Source of the DNA: Nemertoderma westbladi
Taxonomy: Eukaryota; Animalia; Xenacoelomorpha
DNA length: 64,000 bases
Direction: 5' to 3'
NCBI GenBank assembly: GCA_032718475.1
Contig: JAUCBJ010006567.1
Coordinates: forward strand, 1 to 64,000
Shown: positions 26,298-40,070 of the stretch, piece by piece
How the letters are laid out: every line of letters begins with the position of its first letter
Numbering within the stretch: the first letter of the stretch is position 1
The notes under the pieces: model-generated
Databases searched by the model: none
The model's input: only the letters and a program-made list of their open reading frames with translations
What the model was told of the DNA's origin: nothing
Translations under genes and position numbers: made by a program

Positions 26298-28592
26298 TAC
26301 TAGAGTAGAAATAGAGACCTGTCACTAGTGCTGCGCACTGAATCAATATTTGACTAGTTTCAGTTCCAGTTTCAGTTCGAATAAACCTATTTATTTCAGT
26401 TCCAGTTCCAGTTTCCAAAAAAAATAGTTTCAGTTTCAGTTCTAGTTTCAGTTTGAATGAGGCTGTTTATTTAAGTTCCAGTTTCAGTTCCAGTTCCGGA
26501 AAAAAAATAGTTTCAGTTTCAATTCAAGTTTCATAACAATAATATGTAATAAGAAGGCCTACCGCTGTCATCCTAGCAACCACAATACCGGTACTGTATA
26601 TATATTCAGTACTAACTGTATATATTTATATTTATGGGCCAGTGTTGAGAATTCCAGAATTATACGAATATTAATTATTATCCTACAATAACTGATTAAT
26701 AATTATAGTAGTAGTAATGCAAGGAAGTGCAGGTAATATTAACATTCGCAATACCTTCCCAAAAGTTAATAATTACAAACTCCGCTGGGAGGAGCTGAAA
26801 ACAGGCCTTTACTTATGCCGTAACCGTGTGTATAGTATCAAAGGCTGAACAGAGGCCTACGAGTACTACAGTATAATATTCCAGAATATAAATATTTTAT
26901 AGCCAATCTCTGACCAACTCCATCGCCAAGGGTTATTGTTTTTATCATAGGCTTCTCCCTGCATAGCTTACACTACCTTACAAGGAATATATCGGGGGTG
27001 GATGTTCACGGTAATTCAGTCTTCTGGTGCAAGGCCTACATGCCAGTAACTTTGTATAAGGATTGTTGACATTATTAGAATCGTTCTAGCTAAAACAACG
27101 TACCAGTGCAGCAGAGTAGCTTGGTTCTTTCAACATTTTTTTTATTTTATTATTATTACTAAGTGTTAGTAGTAGTTTGTTGTATGTTTAATTCTGAGCT
27201 GAAATGTTTAGGTTGGGTTATCTGTCAATTATGACATACATCGATACATGTTCACAATTATTATCATAGAATTAATGTAGAAGTAAACTACTTTTTATTC
27301 CACCCTGAAATTGTTTATTGTGCAAATTGGCATCCTACTGAATGTACTATTCTGGCTTCCTTCGCCTTGCGTTCATAAATAAAATAATAATACAATGAGA
27401 AAGACATATTAAGTATAAAAGAAGCAGGGGCAATATAAAAAATCCAAACTTCAAGCTCAAACTGGTTCTTTAGATGATTATTTAACAACCGTAAAGAAGG
27501 CAAAAGTTTCAACTGGAGAAGGAGAATCTTTCGTGCCCATGTAGTTTCCAAATCAACAAAAACTGGTTTTGATATAGGCCTAAGTGACATATCTTTTGTT
27601 TTTTTATTCCCTGGGGGGGGGGGGGGGGGGGGGGCAATATTGTAATTTATGTTTACATTTATTTTCAATTTATTACTTCCAGTTTTCAATTTTCAGGAAT
27701 TTTTATTACAGTTCTAGTTCCAGTTCCAGTATTTCAATATATCACGTTTCAGTTCTAGTTTCAGTTTCAGTTTAAAAAAAATTAAAGTTTCAGTTCCAGT
27801 TCCAGTTCAGAAAAAATGCCAAAAACAATTTCAGTTCGATTTCAGTTCCAGTTTCAGTTTCAGTTCGCAGCACTACCTGTCACTGTTCTCTGGATTCTCC
27901 GGGCAGTTTTTTGATCTCCGGATAGGTCTCTGGTTCCCGGGTATTGAAAACATATATTTTACCCAGAGATCAGTGATTTTTCAAATTAAAAATATATATT
28001 TATTTTGTACAAGATAAATGAAAAATGAAGATTTTATCACAAAAATTTTTTTACTATAAAAATAATTACTTCAATTTTTAACTATTTTTAATATTCCACT
28101 TCAACAAAATTATATAGCAACTTTTACCCTATGTTTAAGCATGACTCATACTAAATGAACCGGTAATCTTCTATTTAATTTAAGGTGCGTTTCATTTTAA
28201 GTTAAATTTGCACCTAAAGACTTAAAGAGGGTTCTTATTTAAGAATAAGTTTTCTTAATTTGATCTTCCATAAAGTTTACATGTAAAAGTAAAGGCAGAG
28301 CTCTTTTTACCTTGTTGTAGGCTATATATTACGCCGACCAAAATAAGAGAACGAGCGTAACGAGACTTGCAATAGGGTCGAATAGAGTAATGGACCTGTG
28401 CACTAAGCACTAACTAATTATAAGTAAAAAATAAGCGAAGTCTCTGATCTCCGGTATTTTTCAAAATAATTCTCTGGGTAGGTCTCTGTTTCACCGGGGG
28501 TCTCTGTTTCACCGGGGGTCTCTGGTTCACCGGGGGTCTCTGGTTCACCGGGGGTCTCTAGTTCACCGGGGGTCTCTGTTTCAACTCTACTA
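26298..28592. mobile_element. Tc1/pogo-like non-autonomous element with 18-bp subterminal tandem repeats
   Basis: Ends tagagtagaaatagagacc / ggtctctgtttcaactcta lie in a TATA context; (ggtctctgtttcaccggg)n at ~28481-28583. Confidence 0.65.
26326..27875. mobile_element. Non-autonomous hAT transposon inserted next to the left TIR of the previous element
   Basis: TIRs TAGTGCTGCG / CGCAGCACTA; 8-bp TSD CCTGTCAC; cagtt(t/c) hexamer subterminal arrays. Confidence 0.9.
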
Positions 28593-28820
28593 TATACCAT
28601 CGAAAAGAGAATGAACAAATGTAAAATAAGGATGTGAAAGAAATGCAAATTTTTTGGCGCCCCCTAGCGGCTGGTGTTTTAAAAAATTTCTATAGAAAGT
28701 CTACTCCGTCTTTTTTTCATTTTTATTTTTCGATAGCACATTTTTTGGAACCAGCATGCTCATTTTCATCATATCATATTTTCACCACCTTTTGTATTTT
28801 CATTTTCTATTTCTGATAAT

Positions 28821-30541
28821 GGGGTAGACGACTCGGAAATTTTTTTTCGAGTTTTCGTTGGTTTCATGTGAAAGAGAATGTGAAAAAACCCCAGAGAGCA
28901 ATTTTACTTCAAAAAAATTAATATTGGCCGAGTTAGAGCGATTTTAAAACGCAAAATTAGCAACATCGAAAAATCAGGCCGTTTCAGAAAACTGCACGAA
29001 TGACGTCAGCCATAACACAGCAACAGTCGTCAAGCGCAGTTGATTGGCTAATATAAAGTATAAAATATTGTGTATCTAAAATAAAATAAATAATAAATGT
29101 AGCTAAGTATTTATTTGGATGTGTATTTGTGTTGTGTTAAAAATCGATTATAGGACAGCGGTATGGAGGCAAATTATTCATATCAAGTTAATTATTCCAG
29201 AATAATATTGATTTCGCCCATGAATTATTGATAACTATCAATGCTATTTGGAATTCAATAAACTTGTATAAAAATAATTGCAATCGAACAAGTGCGAATC
29301 CACAATCTAATCCAAAGTAATCTAAGTTTTGAAGCTTAATAAAACATCAATATGCTACTGGATTTCTACCACCTGGCAGTTTTAGCTACAAAATATGTTT
29401 TATTTTTATAGCTAACAACTGTAGTGGTACTGGTCCAGTATGCGTACACCCCCCACCAAAAGTTTTTGATAATTTCTTTTTTTGAAATGTACCAAAACAT
29501 GTTAGCTATTTGATTTTGAAAAAAATAATGTTCTAGAACAAATATTTTTTGTTCTAGAGCATGCTTTAGACAAAAGCCTGCTTTGTTCTTAAATGCATGG
29601 GATGGTTGGTATAAAATAAATAAAATAATTTATTTTAATATTTTGAAATTTTTCAATAAAATTATGGTGGTAGCTAATAAATTTTAATTTTTTAACAAAT
29701 AGATTTCAATATAAATATTGTTATCGCGATTTTCACTATTTATAGGCAACAGCCCCATTGATTGAGCAACTGATATGGCACACGCTTCCGTTTTTAGGAA
29801 TTCCGTTTTTTCAAACATATTGAAATCGTGCTCATGAGGCCTATCCAGTTTATGATAGTCTCTATTATTGGAATTTTTTTTATTTGTTATTGACATAACT
29901 GCGATAAATTTAAATTCTGCTGTATATAATAGGCCTACTCTTATACTGTATAATGAAATGAATGCTAAATGAAAATGAAAAAGTTTCAATGTTCTAGAAT
30001 AATGTTGCCAGAGTATCATTAAAAAGCTTAAATACTGTTGATATAACGAACTCATAAGATCCTAATACAAACTTTTTTTTTAAAAAGTTCCAGAATAAAA
30101 AATATTTTTTCTATAACATTATTTTTTATAAACAAATAGCTAATAAGTTCTAGAACATATCAAAAATGAAATTATCAAAAACTAGCTAGTACAAAAAATT
30201 TGGTGGGGGGTGTATGCATACTGGACCAGTACCCAAATAATGTATTCTTAACACAACACAAAATCACACGAAATAAATATTAGCTACATTATTTATTTTA
30301 GTTACTAAGAGATTTATATTGTATAGTAACCAATGAACATTTAGTGCTGCACGAGTGACGTCACTCGTGCTGTTTTCTGAAACGGCCTGATTTTTCGATG
30401 TTGTTAATTTTGCGTTTTAAAATTGCTATAACTCGGCAAATATTAATTTTTTTGAAGTAAAATTGATCTCTGGGGTTTTTTCACATGCTCTTTCACATGA
30501 AACCAACGAAAACTCAAAAAAAATTTCCGAGTCGTCTACCC
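28821..30541. mobile_element. Foldback MITE with long TIRs (~190 bp close match), containing a second MITE at 29426-30233
   Basis: gggtagacgactcggaaa...tgacgtca is inverted at 30355-30541. Inner element TIRs: GGTACTGGTCCAGTATGC(G/A)TACACCCCCCACCAAA. Confidence 0.85.
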
Positions 30542-31734
30542 TATTGGCAATTTTGTAAAGAAAATCAAAATATTTTAAAAAATTAAAAACCCATGTTTTT
30601 TCTAATTTTTCATTTAAAAAAAGGGAAATATTTTGAAATCAAGAAAACTGGTCGAAATTTATTGAAGCTTATGAAATTACCAAAAAATAAAAAATTACAA
30701 AAAGAAATTTAAGAAATGGCGGAGGAGTAGTATTTTTCGTGTGAAAAAATGTCATTTAGAGATAATTGCCTTCAAAGTTCAAACCTTCCCGCGCATAATT
30801 GCATGGATGGGGTATGGTTGGTTAATAGCGTCTGACAGGAATGAAGCACACCACCGAGCTAAAATTAAATAGATTTATGGAGGTTTTCGGGGTAGCTGAT
30901 TTCATTTCCGAAGGCAGTTTTAACATTTGGTGGAATCTAGTCTGCCCGTCGGTCGGTTGTCTGTCTGTCTTACAGATTGCCAGACGCAGACAGATATTCC
31001 ACGATAACTAGAAACGTTATAAATAACCAAAACAGTAAACGAAAGTCGATAAAGGAGAATAGAAAGTGATTGATTCCAAAGTAAACTTTGGTAGATGAAA
31101 ACGTGTCTGTATCATAAAGGGAGTTAACTAGTTTCATAAGTTTTAATGATTCTCAAGAGAAGCACAATATCAAAAGCTTTAGAATGACCCCTGAATCCCG
31201 AAAATTGGTTCAAAATTTCAAAAGTTACGACTAATTACATTAAATGGATGAAATGAAAGTATGAAATGGATTATCTTTTTTATACTTTATTTCCCCCCTT
31301 TCACACTGATAAAAATATTAGTGTAATAAAATGAGGTTAATTTATAGTTTATTGTTATGCTTTACTTATCATATCATATTTAACACAAAATAATTAATAA
31401 ATTAATTGAAATACTAGTAAAATTAATTTAAAAAATCATTAACTCAGATCATATTTTAGTGCAACCTAGGCTACACCATATAAATCGGCCATTGATGTTC
31501 GATTGCCCTTTATGAAATCATTGTTTTTTATGTTTAGTTTAGATATGGGCTCACCTTTGTGCCAATCGAATATTTTAGTTAAGATGAATATGAAATTTAA
31601 TGAAACTTTCAAAAGATATATTTGACCGATTCGCAATTTCCAATTGAAAAAGTGAAAAACGCTCGATCCTTCTTGAATTTTTTAAATAATCTTACTATCA
31701 AATATTAATAGCTTTACACAGGCTGAAAACTCAC

Positions 31735-31810
31735 CTCACTGCGTTGCTGTAATCGTTTGTTGAGTTCGAACATGCGGTAATCGGGAGATGGGCAGAATGG
31801 CGCAGGTCTT
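31735..31810 (-). CDS. LDB: LIM domain-binding protein (LDB/Chip family), conserved 76-nt internal exon
   Basis: Encodes (R)RPAPFCPSPDYRMFELNKRLQQRSE, resembling vertebrate LDB2 RRHTPYMVQPEYRIYEMNKRLQSRTE (recalled sequence). Acceptor ctaac...tttttccttgtAG; donor GAG|gtgagt. Confidence 0.88.
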
Positions 31811-32478
31811 CTACAAGGAAAAACATTAGAGTTAGTTGGAAATGCTTCACCTGTGTGATAAAAATGGTCATCCGATGACGCCATATAACTTGGTGTAGCC
31901 ATATGATTGGGTGGTCCCATGTAATTGGCTACCGGAACAACCATTGGTGGCCCCATATGACCTGGAGGGGGGTCCATAGGGACACACGAAGCCATGTTAA
32001 TTGATGTTCCAGTTGCGCCACCATGGTTGCTTTGTATCCCATTAGCACCGCCAGGCCCACTGTTACAAGGTATCCCCATATGACTTTGTAGACCCATATG
32101 ATGGGTTGGGGGTCCCATGATAGATGGTGGTCCCATACTACTTGGCAATCTCATAGTGCTTGATGCCCTCTCATCAAAAGGACAGGAATAATGCACAGAA
32201 CTCTCTTTGCCAGCGGGAGTCTCTATTTGCACAGTGGACGTAAATGACGTGTCCATGGAAACATTGTCCAGTTCCACATTAGAGGAAGTCTGCTGGCACT
32301 TGGGTGAGCCATCTAGCTGCCGCGATATGAGGGGGTGCATTTCACTAGGGGTGGCGGCGTCAGGTCTGTCCCTATAGACGCTGGTTTCCCCATACGGAGG
32401 GTTTGAGAAGTCGTCGCTAGAATCCAGAACGCTACTCATCTCAAACAAGTCTTCCAAACTCATTGCATTCCAATTCAT
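31735..32478 (-). CDS. LDB: LDB putative alternative first coding exon (248 codons), extending the conserved exon upstream
   Basis: Stop-free, GC-elevated frame from ATG 32478 that runs through the acceptor into the LDB motif; repeated MGPP motifs. Confidence 0.65.
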
Positions 32479-33032
32479 TTTTAATATCAATTTGTTATAA
32501 CCAAAGCCACTTCACGATATTAAAATATAAGAGTATGAGGAAATACGTTGTTTTTAAATATTATTCTCAATCAAGTGTATCGAATTTGGCAGAAGTTTTA
32601 CAATTATCGATTTTGAGTTGATTAGGATCTCCGTTCTGCATACATTATTAACCAGCTATAAAAACTAATAAACCAATTTAAAATATATCTTTGCGTCAAA
32701 TCTTATTAAATCTTAAAATACTTTAATCAGCAGGGGGGGGGGGGGGAGGGGGGGGGTTAAACTCATCGACTTTTCACTCCCCAAGCGTGAGTAAATTAAC
32801 TCGACTTTACTTATAATACGTAGTTTCTTTCCTCTTTAATAATAATTTTAATGCAAGAAACCCCGAAACCCGTAAACTTTTAAAAACATTAACAAGTTGG
32901 TGTTTGGAAGTTGCAAATTTATTTTATCTATATCAGCCAAATTGAAAATTTTTTAAATAAATAATGTGTCTCTAGGGGGCGCTGTAATTTTGTCCATTTT
33001 GAGGTTTGTTATTAATTTAGAATGTCATTGTA

Positions 33033-35086
33033 ACACATTAACCGAAGTAGGGTGTCAACCAATGGGACACATTAGCCGAAGTAGGGTGTCAACCAAGTGG
33101 ACACATTAGCCGAAGTAGGGTGTCAACCAATGGGACACATTAGCCGAAGTAGGGTGTCAACCAAGGGGACACATTAGCCGAAGTAGGGTGTCAAGGGGAC
33201 ACAATAGCCGACGTAGGGTGTCAACCAAGGGGACACATTAGCCGAAGTAGGGTGTCAAGGGGACACAATAGCCGACGTAGGGTGTCAACCAAGGGGACAC
33301 ATTAGCCGAAGTAGGGTGTCAAGGGGACACAATAGCCGACGTAGGGTGTCAACCAAGGGGACACATTAGCCGAAGTAGGGTGTCAAGGGGACACAATAGC
33401 CGACGTAGGGTGTCAACCAAGGGGACACATTAGCCGAAGTAGGGTGTCAACCAAGGGGACACATTAGCCGAAGTAGGGTGTCAACCAAGGGGACACATTA
33501 GCCGAAGTAGGGTGTCAACCAAGGGGACACATTAGCCGAAGTAGGGTGTCAAGGGGACACAATAGCCGACGTAGGGTGTCAACCAAGGGGACACATTAGC
33601 CGAAGTAGAGTGTCAAGGGGACACAATAGCCGACGTAGGGTATCAACCAAGTGGACACATTAGCCGAGGTAGGGTGTCAAGGGGACACAATAGCCGACGT
33701 AGGGTGTCAACCAAGTGGACACATTAGCCGAGGTAGGGTGTCAAGGGGACACATTAGCCGACGTAGGGTGTCAACCAAGGGGACACATTAGCCGAAGTAG
33801 GGTGTCGAGGGTACACAATAGCCGACGTATGGTGTCAACCAAGGGGACACATTAGCCGAAGTAGGGTGTCGACTACGGGGACACATTAGCCGAAGTAGGG
33901 TGTCAACCAAGGGGACACATTAGCCGAAGTAGGGTGTCAACCAAGGGGACACATTAACCGAAGTAGGGTGTCAACCAAGGGGACACATTAGCCGAGGTAT
34001 GGTGTCAAGGGGACACAATAGCCGACGTAGGGTGTCAACCAAGGGAACACATTAGCCGAAGTAGGGTGTCAAGGGGACACAATAGCCGACGTATGGTGTC
34101 ATGGAAACCAAGGGGACACAATAGCCGACGTAGGGTGTCAACCAAGGGGACACATTAGCCGAAGTAGGGTGTCGAGGGTACACAATAGCCGACGTATGGT
34201 GTCAACCAAGGGGACACATTAGCCGAAGTAGGGTGTCGACTACGGGGACACATTAGCCGAAGTAGGGTGTCAACCAAGGGGACACATTAGCCGAAGTAGG
34301 GTGTCAACCAAGGGGACACATTAACCGAAGTAGGGTGTCAACCAAGGGGACACATTAGCCGAAGTAGGGTGTCAACCAAGGGGACACATTAGCCGAAGTA
34401 GGGTGTCAACCAAGGGGACACATTAGCCGAAGTAGGGTGTCAACCAAGGGGACACATTAGCCGAAGAAGGGTGTCAACCAAGGGGACACATTAGCCGAAG
34501 TAGGGTGTCAACCAAGGGAACACATTAGCCGAAGTAGGGTGTCAACCAAGGGGACACATTAGCCGAAGTAGGGTGTCAACCAAGTGGACACATTAGCCGA
34601 AGTAGGGTGTCAACCAAGGGGACACATTAGCCGAAGTATGGTGTCATGGAAACCAAGGGGACACATTAGCCGAAGAAGGGTGTCAACCAAGGGGACACAT
34701 TAGCCGAAGAAGGGTGTCAAGGTCAACCAAGGGGACACATTAGCCGAAGTATGGTGTCATGGAAACCAGGGGGACACATTAGCCGAAGAAGGGTGTCAAC
34801 CAAGGGGACACATTAGCCGAAGAAGGGTGTCAACCAAGTGGACACATTAACCGAAGTAGGGTGTCAACCAAGGGGACACATTAGCCGAAGTATGGTGTCA
34901 TGGAAACCAAGGGGACACATTAGCCGAAGAAGGGTGTCAAGGTCAACCAAGGGGACACATTAGCCGAAGTATGGTGTCATGGAAACCAAGGGGACACATT
35001 AGCCGAAGTAGGGTGTCAACCAATGGGAGACATTAGCCGAAGAAGGGTGTCAACCAAGGGGACACATTAGCCGAAGTAGGGTGTCA
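33033..35086. repeat. Tandem array, 34-bp unit ggggacacattagccgaagtagggtgtcaaccaa (30- and ~40-bp variants), ~60 copies
   Basis: Directly visible; each unit contains the inverted pair GACAC/GTGTC. Confidence 0.98.
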
Positions 35087-35110
35087 TCTAAGGCGACACA
35101 TGCGGGGTGT

Positions 35111-38100
35111 GAACCCACGATCTCTGATAGTATTGAATTCAATGCAACCACTACACCAAGGTGGGTCGGGAACCCACGATCTCTGATAGTATTGAATGCA
35201 ATGCAACCACTACACCAAGGTGGGTCGGGAACCCACGATCTCTGATAGTATTGAATGCAATGCAACCACTACACCAAGGTGGGTCGGGAACCCACGATCT
35301 CTGATAGTATTGAATTCAATGCAACCACTACACCAAGGTGGGTCGGGAACCCACGATCTCTGATAGTATTGAATGCAATGCAACCACTACACCAAGGTGG
35401 GTCGGGAACCCACGATCTATGATAGTATTGAATTCAATGCAACCACTACACCAAGGTGGGTCGGGAACCCACGATCTCTGATAGTATTGAATTCAATGCA
35501 ACCACTACACCAAGGTGGGTCGGGAACCCACGATCTCTGATAGTATTGAATTCAATGCAACAACTACACCAAGGTGGGTCGGGAACCCACGATCTCTGAT
35601 AGTATTGAATTCAATGCAACCACTACACCAAGGTGGGTCGGGAACCCACGATCTCTGATAGTATTGAATTCAATGCAACCACTACACCAAGGTGGGTCGG
35701 GAACCCACGATCTCTGATAGTATTGAATTCAATGCAACCACTACACCAAGGTGGGTCGGGAACCCACGATCTCTGATAGTATTGAATTCAATGCAACCAC
35801 TACACCAAGGTGGGTCGGGAACCCACGATCTCTGATAGTATTGAATTCAATGCAACCACTACACCAAGGTGGGCCGGGAACCCACGATCTCTGATAGTAT
35901 TGAATTCAATGCAACCACTACACCAAGGTGGGTCGGGAACCCACGATCTCTGATAGTATTGAATTCAATGCAACACTACACCAAGGTGGGTCGGGAACCC
36001 ACGATCTCTGATAGTATTGAATTCAATGCAACCCCTACACCAAGGTGGGCCGGGAACCCACGATCTCTGATAGTATTGAATTCAATGCAACCACTACACC
36101 AAGGTGGGTCGGGAACCCACGATCTCTGATAGTATTGAATTCAATGCAACCACTACACCAAGGTGGGTCGGGAACCCACGATCTCTGATAGTATTGAATT
36201 CAATGCAACCACTACACCAAGGTGGGCCGGGAACCCACGATCTCTGATAGTATTGAATTCAATGCAACCACTACACCAAGGTGGGTCGGGAACCCACGAT
36301 CTTTGATAGTATTGAATTCAATGCAACCACTACACCAAGGTGGGTCGGGAACCCACGATCTCTGATAGTATTGAATGCAATGCAACCACTACACCAAGGT
36401 GGGCCGGGAACCCACGATCTTTGATAGTATTGAATTCAATGCAACCACTACACCAAGGTGGGTCGGGAACCCACGATCTCTGATAGTATTGAATTCAATG
36501 CAACCACTACACCAAGGTGGGCCGGGAACCCACGATCTCTGATAGTATTGAATTCAATGCAACCACTACACCAAGGTGGGTCGGGAACCCACGATCTTTG
36601 ATAGTATTGAATTCAATGCAACCACTACACCAAGGTGGGTCGGGAACCCACGATCTCTGATAGTATTGAATTCAATGCAACCACTACACCAAGGTGGGCC
36701 GGGAACCCACGATCTCTGATAGTATTGAATTCAATGCAACCACTACACCAAGGTGGGTCGGGAACCCACGATCTTTGATAGTATTGAATTCAATGCAACC
36801 ACTACACCAAGGTGGGTCGGGAACCCACGATCTCTGATAGTATTGAATTCAATGCAACCACTACACCAAGGTGGGTCGGGAACCCACGATCTTTGATAGT
36901 AAGTATTGAATTCAATGCAACCACTACACCAAGGTGGGTCGGGAACCCACGATCTCTGATAGTATTGAATTCAATGCAACCACTACACCAAGGTGGGTCG
37001 GGAACCCACGATCTCTGATAGTATTGAATTCAATGCAACCGCTACACCAAGGTGGGTGGGAACCCACGATCTCTGATAGTATTGAATTCAATGCAACCAC
37101 TACACCAAGGTGGGTCGGGAACCCACGATCTCTGATAGTATTGAATTCAATGCAACCACTACACCAAGGTGGGTCGGGAACCCACGATCTCTGATAGTAT
37201 TGAATTCAATGCAACCACTACACCAAGGTGGGCCGGGAACCCACGATCTCTGATAGTATTGAATTCAATGCAACCACTACACCAAGGTGGGTCGGGAACC
37301 CACGATCTCTGATAGTATTGAATTCAATGCAACCACTACACCAAGGTGGGTCGGGAACCCACGATCTCTGATAGTATTGAATTCAATGCAACCCCTACAC
37401 CAAGGTGGGCCGGGAACCCACGATCTCTGATAGTATTGAATTCAATGCAACCACTACACCAAGGTGGGTCGGGAACCCACGATCTCTGATAGTATTGAAT
37501 TCAATGCAACCACTACACCAAGGTGGGTCGGGAACCCACGATCTCTGATAGTATTGAATTCAATGCAACCACTACACCAAGGTGGGCCGGGAACCCACGA
37601 TCTCTGATAGTATTGAATTCAATGCAACCACTACACCAAGGTGGGTCGGGAACCCACGATCTTTGATAGTATTGAATTCAATGCAACCACTACACCAAGG
37701 TGGGTCGGGAACCCACGATCTCTGATAGTATTGAATGCAATGCAACCACTACACCAAGGTGGGCCGGGAACCCACGATCTTTGATAGTATTGAATTCAAT
37801 GCAACCACTACACCAAGGTGGGTCGGGAACCCACGATCTCTGATAGTATTGAATTCAATGCAACCACTACACCAAGGTGGGCCGGGAACCCACGATCTCT
37901 GATAGTATTGAATTCAATGCAACCACTACACCAAGGTGGGTCGGGAACCCACGATCTTTGATAGTATTGAATTCAATGCAACCACTACACCAAGGTGGGT
38001 CGGGAACCCACGATCTCTGATAGTATTGAATTCAATGCAACCACTACACCAAGGTGGGCCGGGAACCCACGATCTCTGATAGTATTGAATTCAATGCAAC

Positions 38101-40070
38101 CACTACACCAAGGTGGGTCGGGAACCCACGATCTTTGATAGTATTGAATTCAATGCAACCACTACACCAAGGTGGGTCGGGAACCCACGATCTCTGATAG
38201 TATTGAATTCAATGCAACCACTACACCAAGGTGGGTCGGGAACCCACGATCTTTGATAGTAAGTATTGAATTCAATGCAACCACTACACCAAGGTGGGTC
38301 GGGAACCCACGATCTCTGATAGTATTGAATTCAATGCAACCACTACACCAAGGTGGGTCGGGAACCCACGATCTCTGATAGTATTGAATTCAATGCAACC
38401 ACTACACCAAGGTGGGTCGGGAACCCACGATCTCTGATAGTATTGAATTCAATGCAACCACTACACCAAGGTGGGCCGGGAACCCACGATCTCTGATAGT
38501 ATTGAATTCAATGCAACCACTACACCAAGGTGGGTCGGGAACCCACGATCTCTGATAGTATTGAATTCAATGCAACCACTACACCAAGGTGGGTCGGGAA
38601 CCCACGATCTCTGATAGTATTGAATTCAATGCAACCACTACACCAAGGTGGGCCGGGAACCCACGATCTCTGATAGTATTGAATTCAATGCAACCACTAC
38701 ACCAAGGTGGGTCGGGAACCCACGATCTCTGATAGTATTGAATTCAATGCAACCACTACACCAAGGTGGGTCGGGAACCCACGATCTCTGATAGTATTGA
38801 ATTCAATGCAACCACTACACCAAGGTGGGCCGGGAACCCACGATCTCTGATAGTATTGAATTCAATGCAACCACTACACCAAGGTGGGTCGGGAACCCAC
38901 GATCTCTGATAGTATTGAATTCAATGCAACCACTACACCAAGGTGGGTCGGGAACCCACGATCTCTGATAGTATTGAATTCAATGCAACCACTACACCAA
39001 GGTGGGCCGGGAACCCACGATCTCTGATAGTATTGAATTCAATGCAACCACTACACCAAGGTGGGTCGGGAACCCACGATCTCTGATAGTATTGAATTCA
39101 ATGCAACCACTACACCAAGGTGGGTCGGGAACCCACGATCTCTGATAGTATTGAATTCAATGCAACCACTACACCAAGGTGGGTCGGGAACCCACGATCT
39201 CTGATAGTATTGAATTCAATGCAACCACTACACCAAGGTGGGCCGGGAACCCACGATCTCTGATAGTATTGAATTCAATGCAACCACTACACCAAGGTGG
39301 GTCGGGAACCCACGATCTCTGATAGTATTGAATTCAATGCAACCACTACACCAAGGTGGGTCGGGAACCCACGATCTCTGATAGTATTGAATTCAATGCA
39401 ACCACTACACCAAGGTGGGTCGGGAACCCACGATCTCTGATAGTATTGAATTCAATGCAACCACTACACCAAGGTGGGCCGGGAACCCACGATCTCTGAT
39501 AGTATTGAATTCAATGCAACCACTACACCAAGGTGGGTCGGGAACCCACGATCTCTGATAGTATTGAATTCAATGCAACCACTACACCAAGGTGGGTCGG
39601 GAACCCACGATCTCTGATAGTATTGAATTCAATGCAACCACTACACCAAGGTGGGTCGGGAACCCACGATCTCTGATAGTATTGAATTCAATGCAACCAC
39701 TACACCAAGGTGGGCCGGGAACCCACGATCTCTGATAGTATTGAATTCAATGCAACCACTACACCAAGGTGGGTCGGGAACCCACGATCTCTGATAGTAT
39801 TGAATTCAATGCAACCACTACACCAAGGTGGGTCGGGAACCCACGATCTCTGATAGTATTGAATTCAATGCAACCACTACACCAAGGTGGGTCGGGAACC
39901 CACGATCTCTGATAGTATTGAATTCAATGCAACCACTACACCAAGGTGGGCCGGGAACCCACGATCTCTGATAGTATTGAATGCAATGCAACCACTACAC
40001 CAAGATGGGTCGGGAACCCACGATCTCTGATAGTATTGAATTCAATGCAACCACTACACCAAGGTGGGTC
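35111..40070 (-). repeat. Tandem array, 59-bp tRNA-like unit, ~84 highly homogeneous copies
   Basis: Plus-strand unit gggaacccacgatctctgatagtattgaattcaatgcaaccactacaccaaggtgggtc. The minus strand has A-box-like TGGTGTAGTGG and a T-arm GTGGG-TTCCCGA-CCCAC. Confidence 0.98.

Noticed and set aside
28418-28648. Secreted peptide with ETPGEP repeats
   Set aside because: It is the translation of the 18-bp subterminal repeats and TIR of a DNA transposon.
35050-38378. Short ORFs (MGREPTISDSIEF...) in the 59-bp array
   Set aside because: By-products of indels in a tandem repeat whose unit length is not a multiple of three; non-ATG starts.
33033-40070. CRISPR array (34-bp partly palindromic repeats)
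   Set aside because: Units are head-to-tail with no unique spacers, there are no cas genes, and the context is eukaryotic.
35111-40070. Functional tRNA gene cluster
   Set aside because: The unit is only 59 bp, lacks a paired anticodon stem, a separate 3' acceptor strand and a terminator, and has a non-canonical T-loop.
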